Assembly: GCA_023515795.1 (NCBI GenBank)
Contig: JALGPX010000119.1
Span: 1 to 37,146, forward strand
Origin: Amoeboaphelidium occidentale
Taxonomy: Eukaryota
Reading direction: 5' to 3'
Length of the DNA stretch: 37,146 nucleotides
In this document: one piece after another, positions 21,724 through 33,981 of the stretch
Layout: each line of letters starts with the position of its first letter
Numbering within the stretch: position 1 is the first letter of the stretch
Program-made: the position numbers and the translations under genes
The notes under the pieces: generated by a model
Told to the model about the DNA's origin: nothing
Database searches by the model: none
The model's input: the letters and a program-made list of their open reading frames with translations, nothing else

Positions 21724-22975
21724 TCATGACCAAGAGAATGTTCGTGTTAAAGTTTCAAATAAAACCACAGCATATGAGTAGATATCTGCCGCTTTGGCTT
21801 CATTTCCATCAACATTCTCTGATGATTCCACGCTTCGAACTCTAAGCATGTATTCCGGAGCAGCAAATGATATAGATAATCCTCGGGATATTATGGTTCT
21901 AAAATCCTTCACCAGCATAGCAGTATTATCCACCACTTGGGTAACACCAAAATCTGTCAATACTGCAGTATAGAGACCATTAGGACCTTGCCGCTCAATT
22001 AGAATATTAGAAGGCTATCAGAGTGAGAAACTCAAAGACATTCATAATCTACCTTGATATCATTGTGGACAAATCCAACACGGTGCATATCAGCGATTGC
22101 GAGCGAAACACCCATTATCAAGTAAAATATGTTACTTTTTGTCTTTTGAATTGTAGAACTGAATACCCAGTGTTCAAGCGAACCAAGATTATAAGATTTC
22201 ATGATAATCGCCAAAGGCTTGTAGGAATATCCCAGAATCTATGCAATTATTAGAGCAACAACTCGAAGAAATTATACCTTTGCAAACCTGTCGTTCTTCT
22301 GGTAGTACCATTGTATTGATACCTCCTGGTGGAAAGCGTCAAACTCTTCTTCAGACATGGTTTCTTCAGTTTCTACAATTAACCATTGTAACAACGATCT
22401 AACAACTTACTGTGAGCGATTTTAACAATTATTGTATCACCAAACTGCCGTAAGCGCGGCTTGTTACCTTTCGCGAGGTATATGCTCGCGTTCTTGCCCT
22501 TATAAAGCAACTTTTCGATATTGTAGTCTGTCTTCTTCACTTCAATGAAAGCAGGTAATGATAGTTCCACGTTTGAAGGTGCCCACGTCTCTGTTCCAGT
22601 CTGAGTGATCTCATTCGACTGTCTTGTTGTAGAATGAGATGCAATAGTTCCCATATATGCCAGTTTCTCCATGCTTTGTGATACTCCGGACTTCAAACTG
22701 ATCCTTGTTACAGCAGTCGGTACATCCAAAGAAGCAGTGCTCTTCGCCTTCGTCAAATGCTTCAACTGTCCAGGATCCGTTCCCAGTCGTTGTCTTGGTG
22801 GGTCAGGAGTAGACGGAGACAAGGCGGCTGAGGATGAAACAGCAACAGGCTTCGCAACCTTTCGGTGTTTGAAACAAAGCAATCCACTCCTCCAGGCTAT
22901 CAACACCGCAAAAAAGACTAGAAGGACGAAGAACACGCAGGATAATGCTATTAGTATGACTAGTTCAATATCCAT
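21724..22975 (-). CDS. Membrane-anchored (receptor-like) protein kinase, 4 exons
   Basis: N-terminal TM helix. Introns 22373-22410, 22239-22277 and 22015-22052 give a continuous frame: IIVK, FHQEV, HNDIKPSNIL, TDFG, FAAPE, DIYSYAVVLFE. Confidence 0.85.
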
Positions 22976-23135
22976 ATCACTTCACGTAAAAAGTCCTGTG
23001 TCTAAAAATAGATTTGATGACTGGACCAGAGAACATCAGGAAAATCAACTGACATCAAAAGAACTGGTGCGTCTTAGCTTTGATAAACTTCATGAGATCC
23101 TATCGAACTATCAGCCATGTTGTTTGCAATAAGTG

Positions 23136-24029
23136 ATGGCACAAGCGCAAAAAGCAGATCAGGTCAAACGATCAGAATTAACCATGGCTTTGAGCGGAGT
23201 ATTCGGAGCCATAACTTCAACTCTCATAACACACCCATTGGATACTATCAGAGTCAGACTACAAGCAGGCCAGAATCTGTACACGGCCGCGAAGATCAGA
23301 ACACTTTATCAAGGAGTGATACCACCGCTTTTTGCGTCAGTGCCTCTCGCTTCTGTATGTTTTGGTACTTATGAGTTCGCTTCCAATACTTTAAAAGATA
23401 CATTCCCTGGAACTAACTCGGTATTTACTATCGCTTTTCTCGCTGGAGCAATCTCTGCCTATCCGACAGTGATACTTGGAATTCCAATGGATAGAGTTAA
23501 ACTACTGCAACAGCTTAATAGGTCATCGTTTGAAGGACACTCCTCAACTTCTGAAACAGTTCGAACAATTTTTGCAAAGGAAGGCCGGGCTGGTTTTTAT
23601 AAAGGACTTTCTATCACATTAATCAGAGATAACATTGGCTGTGGTGTATGGTTTGGCACATATGAAAGCGTTAAGCAGAGTCTCATGAAGAAATATGGTA
23701 AACCCAACTCCAAAAAACCTGAGGCGTGGATGTCTATGCTGAGTGGTGGAATCGCTGGAGGTGCAGCTTGGACATTTACGATGCCCATAGATACCGTCAA
23801 GACAAAATTCCAGTCTCAGCATCATTACAGGCGGTACATTGAAGCGATTAGAGATCTTCAAAAGCTAGCAGAACAACATGCTTCTCTTTACAAATTATCG
23901 GCAAGAACTGCGACAATGCACACACTTTTCAAAGGTTTCAGGTTCGCGATGGTAAGAGCTATGTTTGGTAATGCAATATCATGGGCGTGTGTTGAATTCG
24001 CTATTTCGGTGATCAATGGAACGAACTGA
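23136..24029 (+). CDS. Mitochondrial carrier (SLC25; carnitine/acylcarnitine or YMC-like)
   Basis: Three Px[DE]xx[KR] repeats: HPLDTIRVRLQ, PMDRVKLLQQ, MPIDTVKTKFQ. Confidence 0.92.
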   Translation: MAQAQKADQVKRSELTMALSGVFGAITSTLITHPLDTIRVRLQAGQNLYTAAKIRTLYQGVIPPLFASVPLASVCFGTYEFASNTLKDTFPGTNSVFTIAFLAGAISAYPTVILGIPMDRVKLLQQLNRSSFEGHSSTSETVRTIFAKEGRAGFYKGLSITLIRDNIGCGVWFGTYESVKQSLMKKYGKPNSKKPEAWMSMLSGGIAGGAAWTFTMPIDTVKTKFQSQHHYRRYIEAIRDLQKLAEQHASLYKLSARTATMHTLFKGFRFAMVRAMFGNAISWACVEFAISVINGTN

Positions 24030-24081
24030 GATGTGAATCGAATGCTGTTCCTGTTGTTGTTTCAATTCAGCATCGCCACAA

Positions 24082-24959
24082 ATGGGCTCTGTATTGGTTG
24101 AAGTTTGTTTAGATTCAGTGGAAAGCGCTGTTAGAAGTGGTAAGCATACGCCAAATAAAATCATCATTGTTCTTTTAAGAGGCTGCGGGTGCTAGAAGAG
24201 TTGAATTATGTTCTGCTCTGCTTGAAGGAGGATTAACTCCAAGTGCTGGTTGCATAGCACTCTGTCGAAAGAAGGTCAAAATTCCCATTCACGTAATGAT
24301 CAGGCCACGGTAATTCTCTTGAAATCGTTTTATGTCTGTTTGAGTGTAGTGGTGGTGACTTTGTGTACTCAGAGAATGAGTTTGCTCAGATGAAATATGA
24401 CATTGAACTTTGTAAATCGCTGGGCATTGATGGAATCGTCTTGGGGCTTCTGAATGATGATGGTACAATTGATAAGGTCAGAACCAAAAAGCTCGTGGAG
24501 GTTGCAAAGCCAATGGTACTTTATTCAGTCAGTCAGAGTAGATTGTAACTGTTCAAGGCTGTCACGTTTCACAGGGCATTCGACATGACCAAGGATCCTT
24601 TTCAAGCATTGGAAGATTTAATTGAAATCGGAGGTATTCAGAGAATTCTTACAAGCGGCCAAGAAAGTACTGCAATTGAAGGCATTGATTTGATTAATGA
24701 TCTTGTTGTTCGCGCATCAGGAAGAATCACAATAATGCCTGGTGGCGGAATTATTGAGAGAAACATATCAAAGTTCATAAAGAAAATACCTTCATTAAGA
24801 GAAATACATGTCTACGCTGACACCAAACACCAGAGCTCCATGAAGTTCAAGAACGACAATGTTTACATGGGCTTTGGTCTGTTTGCACCAGAGTATCAGT
24901 TGAGCATTACTAGTGAGCAGAGAGTCAGAGAATTCATTAATAAAGTAAACATCAATTAA
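24082..24959 (+). CDS. cutC: Copper homeostasis protein CutC (4 exons)
   Basis: Introns 24140-24179, 24310-24349 and 24516-24557 yield [60 protein letters not shown]. Confidence 0.95.
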
Positions 24960-24968
24960 ATATCATCA

Positions 24969-26263
24969 TTATTCTGACATCCAGTCTATGGATTGCATCT
25001 CTTTAAGTCTAGACAAGCATCGTTTAAATGCAAAAACAACTTCATCATCAGCTGAAACAGTGTCGACTTTAAATAAATTCTCCAAAGTATCTTCTGCAGA
25101 ACACACGAGTGCAACCTTATTTTCATACATTAAATCTATGAGTGTTATGAATCTTCTTACAGAATCTTTCATGTGGATATCCAACACCGGAACAGATTCC
25201 AATAGAATCACGCGATAATTCTTTACAATTTCCAAATAATCAGCCGCACTGTGAGCACTCTGACACAATTGATTAAAATTAAATCTTGCTACTTTCCTGT
25301 CCTTATTCTGTTGAGATATTTTGATTTTTCTACCAAACACTTCCAATTCTGTAGCAGAAGACTCAGAGCCTTGCAAAAACCTTTCATAAACTTCATCCAT
25401 AGTTTTTGCAACAGCATTAGACAATGGATAATAATAAACTTGGCCCAATTCTCGTTCGATTTGCCTGTAATCATAATCAGTGTCTAAATTAATGACTTCC
25501 ATGCGCTGTTTCAACAATTCTATACAGGGCAGAAATGACTTGCGTTGAATACCATTCCAATATAATTTGTCAGGATGCCTGTTACTTGTAATGAAAAGAA
25601 CACATCCTCTTTTAAATAATCCTTCCAACAACGAACGTAAAATCATGGCATCGGCGATATCAGTCACTTGGAACTCATCAAAGCAAAGCAGCCAAGATTT
25701 CTCAACAATTTCGCGTGATACTTCGTCTATATAATTTGAGCGTGACTTTCCCTTGTCGTTCTTCAGCTGATGCAGTCGCTGGTGTACTTCCAACATGAAC
25801 GAATGAAAGTGAACTCGCTGTTTCTTGTCTGTCTTTACGGAGGAATAAAATAAATCCATGAGCATCGTTTTTCCAGTGCCAACTGAACCATAAAGATACA
25901 AACCCTTTGGAGTATTTCCTGTGATACTTTTAGGATCGAAACCATCTTCTTCGTCTTTCTTGTTCAACCATGAGAATATCCAAGAGGATGATGAAGTATC
26001 TCCTGACACAGAAGACTCCGCCGGTGAAGGAGAATAAGTTTTTAATTTTTCGTGTAAATTCTGTAAATGCTCGACTGTCCTGCGTTGGTGTGCATCGACT
26101 CGCAGCTTTCCAGTCTTAACCATTCGATCGTACTTTTCTACGGGGGCTACAAATCAGTGGGACATTTTCAAGCTTCAGATTTACAATGAATGCTTCGACT
26201 GAGTGTTCTTAAAGGAAGGAATCCATAGCGCGTCGTATTTGTGTGTCGCAGCAGGAGGATCAT
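24969..26263 (-). CDS. AFG1: AFG1/LACE1 (ZapE-like) mitochondrial ATPase (2 exons)
   Basis: PKGLYLYGSVGTGKTMLMDLFY, LLCFDEFQVTDIADAMIL, TSNR. Intron 26147-26184 adds a presequence-like MILLLRHTNTTRYGFLPLRTLSRSIHS. Confidence 0.93.
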
Positions 26264-26272
26264 TTGATGGAA

Positions 26273-27452
26273 ATGAGTGCAGAGATGATAATCAAAGAAA
26301 TTGCAGAATTAAAGATACAACTGCAACAGGCGCAGACAGAAGACAATCAAGTAAATCTCCGGGAATTCCCATTTTACTGATTCCGTAGGATACAAAAGTG
26401 TTTAATGAATTCGTAAAGAAGTTGGTGAACCTGAAACAACAAGTCAGAAGGGCGCTTTTGGGTCTGCCGTGCTACGATTTCGATTTGCCGGAATGCAGAA
26501 TTGTTCATTTGGGGAATGGTCGGATGCATTTAAGGTTGAAACTGAGAGAGCTGAAGTTATGCAGTGAAGCTGGTTGCTACTACAAAAGTTTGTCGCACTC
26601 TTAACGCGCTAAAATGGTTTGTAGTTATTGTCAGAATACGAAACAATTCATTCGCATTTGAAGAACAGTTCGAATTAAAGAAGCTTCATAATATTTGGTT
26701 AGAGTCTGAAATTGTTTCATCGTTCGACGGCTTGTTTGTGGAGTTTCCTATAAAACTTTCAGTTATGCTACACGCAGATTACAATTGTAACAAGCTTGAA
26801 AGGCAAGAGCCGTGCTTTATTACGCTTTATTCTACTGAGCTTGATATACTCCACTTTATGCATGATTGCTCGGAGATTCTAGAATATGTTAGCTTCAGTG
26901 CACAAAACTCATTAGGTGATATTGTACAAAGTCTAAAATATTCTTCGGAACAGATAAATCATGAAGATCCAAAAATAATTATTGCTTCTAAAGATGGTTT
27001 GAAAGCTTGCTCTTTTGCTTATCGAACTTTGCTTGCAATATTGCTGGGCGATCTTGTGGAGGAATATATTCTAAAGCAATCCATCAAGAGTGCACACACA
27101 GCTTCTTTTATGATACTAAACAAAGAGGTCATGATCAATTTGCTTAAAGGTACATCATTGCGCTAATTACCATTTATGTTTTGTAGACGAGAAACCTGAT
27201 CATGTTCTTGTTACAGTTGATGTTTCATGTATCAATGAGATACTAAAAGCTCATGTTATCAATGCTATTCACAGAAGACTTCGTAGTCTTACTGATACTC
27301 GTGCTTTTACAGAGCATGCTTCCAAGATTTATGGCAAGACTGCGACTATTAAAGAAGATGAAACATTCCGTCTAAAATTCAAGGATATTATGAAGAATTC
27401 TGCAAGCGCTTATCTCCTGAATGTGAATAGTCTTGGAATAGAAAGTGTTTGA
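26273..27452 (+). CDS. Hypothetical multi-exon protein
   Basis: Introns 26351-26388, about 26519-26564 (weaker donor) and 27150-27186 link the track ORFs into one frame ending SLGIESV*. No family recognised. Confidence 0.55.
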
Positions 27453-27539
27453 TAAATTCAGCTCAGAATAGACGCGGTTGCTATGCTGTTTGATCTTGAA
27501 ACGAGACGTCTTTAAATAAAAATCTTCTTATTGAACAGA

Positions 27540-28958
27540 ATGAGAAGATCGAGCTACTTGATACTTGCGATATGCCTTATGATAAGTCTGAGTACAGGAC
27601 TGCCTTCCAATGGGGAATCTAGTGCTTCGATATCATCCTCTGGATCTCAAGTCATTCTACCGGAACTTCCATCTGGAAGTAACAGAACGTCTCCACTGAT
27701 CATACTGAATGTGAACAGTGGCAATAGCACCAGTGGCAGCAACAAAAGCACTGATCGATGGTATTACGGAGATTATGATGGTTATTATAGTTACTACGAT
27801 TCCACTATTCCGATTTGGGGCACTAGAATATCATCATCATACATTGGATTCTATGGTATAATGTTACTCTGCCACATATCTATCCTAATACTTTGGCTTG
27901 GCGACATGATCAAATTCCGTAGAGTTCGTATTCCATTTCGATACTTTCTAACAGGCGTATTTCTACTGAGAACCGTGGCACAATTAACTAAACTACTACT
28001 CTCCATTCAGAATCAGGAAAATTCGAGTATTATTGAAAAGGATACTACTTTGTTTCAGTCACTTCTGTTGCCTTCAGTTTACTTGGATCAAGGTGCTGTA
28101 GTTGCGCTGACTCTATTCGTGTCCAGAGGTTGGGGCACAGTGAAGAGACTACCAAACACCATTGAAATAGTATCATTCTCAATGTGGGCTCTAGCTGTAT
28201 GTTTAATATCATCGTCTTCTTACATGTATGGCGGCTACCGAACAAGACATAATCCTTTCTACTTGTTGATTTTCGCCTATTTACTTTTACTAGTGTACAA
28301 GTACATGGATGCTCTCAAACAATTCTTTGCAGTATGTCCTGCGAAATTCACACAATGGCATGTTAAACCAATTCTGTTGAATCCAGACGGATCCACGGAA
28401 CCTTTGCTGCAACAAGAAGAACCTTTTGAGGGAAAAGTACAATTTGTTGATAAACTCCAAAAGATATTCAGTGTATACTTGACTGTACGTGTAATATCAG
28501 AACTATTAGTACAATCACAATTATCTCTGAACCTTTCTATATATTTTTATGAGCTACGAGAACTGGTCTTCACAGCAGCACTACTACAAGTATTCCTACT
28601 ATCAACAGCTACTGAGTTATGGTCAAGAGTATACATGCTAGTACCAGAAAATTCGGAAGCAGCCACTGAACCACAACCATACAATGAACCCCCTGTATCA
28701 ATCGCAACAATCCCATCACCTCTTTCTACAAACAGTACGAATATCCAGTCACTCAGACTGAGACTACAAAATCTACAACGCTTAGCTGAACTTTCACAGT
28801 ACATTCAAAGAAACGAAGAACCTCTAGAAGCCACAAAGTACCGATTCCTCAAAGCACCTTCGAATAATAATAATAATAATAATAGCTCTAAAGATGGAAG
28901 TGAAGCAAAAAACTTTGAATACAAACTACTAAGATTTAACAACAACAAACAGCAGTAG
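27540..28958 (+). CDS. Multi-pass membrane protein with signal peptide, possibly GOST family (GPR107/GPR180-like)
   Basis: Signal peptide, Ser-rich ectodomain, 6-7 hydrophobic helices; LTLFVSRGWGTVK resembles the GOST-family GW motif. Confidence 0.55.
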   Translation: MRRSSYLILAICLMISLSTGLPSNGESSASISSSGSQVILPELPSGSNRTSPLIILNVNSGNSTSGSNKSTDRWYYGDYDGYYSYYDSTIPIWGTRISSSYIGFYGIMLLCHISILILWLGDMIKFRRVRIPFRYFLTGVFLLRTVAQLTKLLLSIQNQENSSIIEKDTTLFQSLLLPSVYLDQGAVVALTLFVSRGWGTVKRLPNTIEIVSFSMWALAVCLISSSSYMYGGYRTRHNPFYLLIFAYLLLLVYKYMDALKQFFAVCPAKFTQWHVKPILLNPDGSTEPLLQQEEPFEGKVQFVDKLQKIFSVYLTVRVISELLVQSQLSLNLSIYFYELRELVFTAALLQVFLLSTATELWSRVYMLVPENSEAATEPQPYNEPPVSIATIPSPLSTNSTNIQSLRLRLQNLQRLAELSQYIQRNEEPLEATKYRFLKAPSNNNNNNNSSKDGSEAKNFEYKLLRFNNNKQQ

Positions 28959-28975
28959 CAGCAGCAATAGATCAT

Positions 28976-30296
28976 TTATTTCCTCTTCTCTTTTTCTTTT
29001 CCCTCCATCTCTTTTTCCAACTTTTGCTTCTCCATCTTTCTCCTATTCCTATCCTCATACAATTTCCTATTCCCAAGAATCCGATCAACAATCGACTGTG
29101 TATTAAACTCCTTTGATACTTCAACTTGTTCAATTTTGATCTTGTCTAGATTCTCTACAACATCTAAACAACTATCTTCACCGTCACCCTTACAAACCAC
29201 AATTTTTTCAACACTCTCTACAAACTCCTCAGTCAACGACAGCGACAACCTCTTATTCTGCTGCTCTGACGAATCTTTTTTGACCGATATAACAACTACA
29301 TCATCAACNNNNNNNNNNNNNNNNNNNNNTAAACAACTATCTTCACCGTCACCCTTACAAACCACAATTTTTTCAACACTCTCTACAAACTCCTCACTCA
29401 ACGACAGCGACAACCTCTTATTCTGCTGCTCTGACGAATCTTTTTTGACCGATATAACAACTACATCATCAACATACTTGCAACTCAACAAACACAACAA
29501 TCTCTCATACAAACCCAACAACAACAACGTCTTCTTCTTCTTCGTCTTGTTATTATTATTATTATTATTTTCTTCAGTGTAATGCAACAACCCAATTACA
29601 ACTTTTAAGCCTGAATTATTCTCCTTAACTTTTTGCAATAATTCAACATGAGAGTAATTAAACACATCAAACACCCCAACACAGAGCACCATTGGTAAAT
29701 CATCTTTCTTGTTGTTTAATCTTTTATGTAAACCAAAGTCTATAATCCTCTCCACAGAATACATCATCATCATCACATCATCATCAGAATTACTATCATT
29801 CAAACCACCACCTGATGATGATGATGATGATGATGAGAGTACACGTTGTACTAAATCAGTTGTTGATATCCCTATAGTCCTCTTGCATTCAACATATCTT
29901 TTACAAAGTTTAACTTCAGCATAACAATCAGTACCATCAGCAGTAGTAGTAACATCATCCCCATGCACACAAACCTCACACTGGAATCTATCCAACCATT
30001 CTATAGAAGTATAATATGGAGCATTAGGTACAACTTGATCCACAAAAGAACATGCTTCCAATATTCCCACTCTTTCCTTCATTGTTAATACAGGTTTACC
30101 TTTATTCCTTTCAATTTCTTCATCTGAATGAACACCAACCACCAGAAACTCACATAAATCCTTGGCTTGTCTTAAAGCATTAAAGTGACCAAAATGAGTC
30201 AAATCGAAGCAACCGTCTATAAATTCAGAGAATTATAAAAAAAAGAGATATCTCCTTACCAACCCATACTCGCTTAAATCTTTTATTCTTATTCAT
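28976..30296 (-). CDS. ECT1: Ethanolamine-phosphate cytidylyltransferase (two CT domains)
   Basis: Exon 1 MNKNKRFKRVWV plus intron 30217-30259 gives DGCFDLTHFGHFNALRQAK; VHGDD; KRTIGISTTDLVQR; second degenerate CT domain. Contains a gap-flanking duplication. Confidence 0.9.
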
Positions 30297-30493
30297 TGTT
30301 GTTGCTGCTGTTGTTGTTGTTCCCTTCTTTTATCCCTAATTACTTTATCCAATTCTTTCAATTGAGAAAAGTCTGAAAACAATCCTTTAGTACTTTCAAA
30401 ANATCGAAGCAACCGTCTATAAATTCAGAGAATTAGAAAAAAAAAGAGATATCTCCTTACCAACCCACACTCGCTTAAATCTTTTATTCTTAT

Positions 30494-31303
30494 TCATTGT
30501 TGTTGTTGTTGCTGTTGTTGTTGTTGTTGTTCCCTTCTTTTATCCCTAATTACTTTATCCAATTCTTTCAATTGAGAAAAGTCTGAAAACAATCCTTTAG
30601 TACTTTCAAAAAAAGAATCCAATTTCACTCCTCTCATAGATTCTTCATATTCTGATGCCTGTAATATCATTTCCAATTTATCCAAAGCATGAACATATTT
30701 AGATTCTTTAGTTTCATAATCTTCATATTCCTTCCAAAGATCATAAAACAAGGAATTATTACTATTATTAGTAGGAATTAATTTTTGTATTTCTTTAACT
30801 GCTTCTAATTCTCTCTTATACTTTTCTTCCCTTGTTATTCCATCTGTAGGTGTAATATCACCAACTAAACATTCCTGTAAATCATGAACCAAAGCCATTC
30901 TCAGACACTTGTTCGCATCGACTTGATCATCATTAGACTGAAGAAATAAAACCATTAATGCCATTCTGTACATGTGATCACAAACAGACTCACAATTCTC
31001 TTTTGGAATTCCATTATTTAACCAACCTTGTCTCTTTGTTTGTTNNNNNNNNNNNNNNNNNACTTGATCATCATTAGACTGAAGAAATAAAATCATTAAT
31101 GCCATTCTTTACATGTGATCACAAACAGACTCACAATTCTCTTTTGGAATTCCATTATTTAACCAACCTTGTCTCTTTGTTTGTTTTAATCTATGAATGT
31201 GATTAAAGAAGGAAATCAAGTTTTCTTCATCTGAAGTTGATGGAGATGTTGATGGAGATGTTGATGGAGTTGTTGATGGAGATGTTGATGAAGTATTCTG
31301 CAT
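30494..31303 (-). CDS. HD-domain 5'-deoxynucleotidase (HDDC2/YGK1-like)
   Basis: LKQTKRQGW, ESVCDHMYRMA, ALVHDLQECLVGDITP, LDKLEMILQASEYE. Split by an N gap with duplicated flanks. Confidence 0.88.
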
Positions 31304-31309
31304 TCCTTC

Positions 31310-31310
<1 letters not shown>

Positions 31311-31360
<50 letters not shown>
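31311..31360. repeat. (TGAT)n tetranucleotide microsatellite, about 12 units
   Basis: Read directly. A (CTT)n tract follows, and a second copy lies after the N at 31470. Confidence 0.95.
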
Positions 31361-31362
<2 letters not shown>

Positions 31363-31470
31363 AGAAAACAACAAACTTCTACTTTTTCTTCTTCTTCTTC
31401 TTCTTCTTCTTCTTCTTCAACAAATGAAAAAAAGAAAATTACCCCTTCTTCCATTGTGTTTGGCAAAGTN

Positions 31471-31503
<33 letters not shown>

Positions 31504-31526
31504 AGAAAACAACAACTTCTACTTCA

Positions 31527-31557
<31 letters not shown>

Positions 31558-31566
31558 CTTCAACAA

Positions 31567-33073
31567 ATGAAAAAAAGAAAATTACCCCTTCTTCCATTGT
31601 GTTTGGCAAAGTTTATTTCTTCTTTTACTTTAAAATTACAACATTTAAAGTTTCTTTCTGATTTTATGAATGTTTTAAATTCTGTATTTGGATATACTGA
31701 ATCTTCTATTCTATTAAGATCCTTCTTAGTTATAGTCAAGAGAGAATATTATTATAATAATAATAATAATAACAATAACAGTGATGATGATGATGGTGAC
31801 TCATCAGTAGTTTCTTTTGCTGAATTGGGTTGGTGGAGATTATTGGATGCCATTAGAGGATACTTTTTATTATACAGTAGANTGAATCTTCTATTCTATT
31901 AAGATCCTTCTTAGTTATAGTCAAGAGAGAATATTATTATAATAATAATAATAACAATAACAGTGATGATGATGATGATGATGATGGTGATGGTGACTCA
32001 TCAGTAGTTTCTTTTGCTGAATTGGGTTGGTGGAGATTATTGGATGCCATTAGAGGATACTTTTTATTATACAGTAGAATTTATGATAAAATACAACAGG
32101 ATGCAATTAAAGAAGAAATACTAAAAGTTTCTGTAGAAGTACAAGAAGAAGTAGTAGAAGGAAAAGGAAAAGGAAAAGTAGAAGATAAAGAGAATGTTTA
32201 TAGTATATTATTCCAACAACAACAACAACAACAACAGCAACAACAACAACAACAACAACAGGAAGTTAATTTAGAAGATGATTCTACTTCTACTTCTACT
32301 TCTACTTTAAATCAAGATTCTACTCTTGTTCATTGGGATCATTCAACTACAACTTCTGCTACTACTGAATCATCATCATCATCTTCATCAAATAAGAAGA
32401 AGAAGAATAATTCATCTCTTGTTAAACCTTTTCATCAATCTTATAAACATTTGTTACTGNACTTCTACTTCTACTTTAAATCAAGATTCTACTCTTGTTC
32501 ATTGGGATCATTCAACTACAACTTCTGCTACTACTGAATCATCATCTTCATCATCATCTTCATCATCTTCATCAAATAAGAAGAAGAAGAATAATTCATC
32601 TCTTGTTAAACCTTTTCATCAATCTTATAAACATTTGTTACTGAATTTGTCTTTGTATGTAAAGTATTCATCAGGATCATATGGGCAACACTTTATGAGA
32701 TTATTAGGTATATATTCTAGTGATAGTGATACTGTTGCTTCAAAGACTACTTCTGCTTCTGATGATAAGTGGAATCAGTTGGTGTTTAGTAGTCATGTTG
32801 GTATTCCTATAGAAGATGTTGTTTATTCTTCTACTTCTTCTACTTCTACTGCTTCTACTGCTTCTACTGCTTCTTCTACTTCTTCTACTTCTACTTCTGC
32901 TTATAAAGATCTCTTGGGGTTGCCTGAGTTTGTTGTTAGTTTGGATCATCATAGACATGCTGTTTGTGTTTCTATTCGTGGGACATTGGGTCTGAGTGAT
33001 TTTGTTACTAATTTAGAATGTGACTATGGGCAATTTGTTATATCTTCTTCTTCTTCTTCTTCTTCTTCTTCTG

Positions 33074-33108
<35 letters not shown>

Positions 33109-33981
33109 GGAAAGAAGGAGGTGGAAAAACATTGGGTTCATGCAGGAATGTTGAGACAGGCCAAGTTGTTGTCTAAGTCAGGGTCACCTTTGCATCAACA
33201 AGTTTCTAAATTGTTGGGAAAATATAGTGATTATAATTTGATTCTAATTGGGCATTCATTGGGAGCAGGTATTGCTGCATTGATTGGGATGCTATGGAGT
33301 ACGACCTTTTCTGTTTCAGATGGAAGGTTTATAGTATCAGAAGAGTCGCAATTATTGTCATCTTCAACAAATCTTAGGAATATTCATGTTTATTGCTTTG
33401 GGCCGCCTTGTGTTGTTTCTTTGGAGTTGAGTAGATTAGTATCTGGTTTAGTTACTTCTGTTGTTTATGGTGATGATTTTGTTTCGTGGTTGAGTTTGGG
33501 TTTGGTTAGAGAGTTGAGGGCAATGGCAGCATTAATAACTTCAAAATCTGATGAATGCGAAGAAAAGAGAGTTTGTGATTTGATTCCGGTTAGAGATGAC
33601 ATGTGGTGCTGGAGTGTATTCAAAGGATTGAAGGCTCAGGCAATGAATTATTGTAAATTGTATCCGCCAGGGGATGTATATTGGGTTTACTACAAGAATG
33701 AAGAGAATTTAAAAGAAGAAGAACCAATAGCGTTGAATGAATCGTTTTATGCAAAGACTGAATCCATAACTACTCCAGTAGCGGCAACAGCAGAAGAAGG
33801 AGATGATACAAATAGTAAGAAGAATACTTGTGATTCTACTAGGAAATTGGTGTTTGCTAAAGTCAAGGATGTTGTTGATTTGTTCAATTATCCACGGTTC
33901 TCAAAGACAATGTTTACTGATCATTCTCCAAAGAATTATGAGGATGTAATGAGGATATTATTGAGAAATGGTGGGATATGA
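31567..33981 (+). CDS. Class 3 lipase (DAG-lipase-like) with many homopolymer runs
   Basis: VSIRGTLGLSDFVT, VHAGML, IGHSLGAG, YCFGPP, DDFV, FTDHSP. The frame is broken only at N sites with duplicated flanks (31882, 32460). Confidence 0.85.

Noticed and set aside
29640..29690. Loss of the HxGH motif (NYSH) in the second ECT1 domain
   Set aside because: The C-terminal cytidylyltransferase domain of ECT is often degenerate, so this is not notable.
31109..31111. Premature TAA in the HD gene suggesting a pseudogene
   Set aside because: The overlapping duplicate has TAC at this codon and the site is near a gap edge, so an error or allele is more likely.
29165..32644. Apparent tandem duplications inside the ECT1, HD and lipase genes
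   Set aside because: Each pair flanks an N or N-run (29309-29329, 30402, 31045-31061, 31470, 31882, 32460) and differs mainly in microsatellite length. These are unmerged contig overlaps or alleles, not real repeats.
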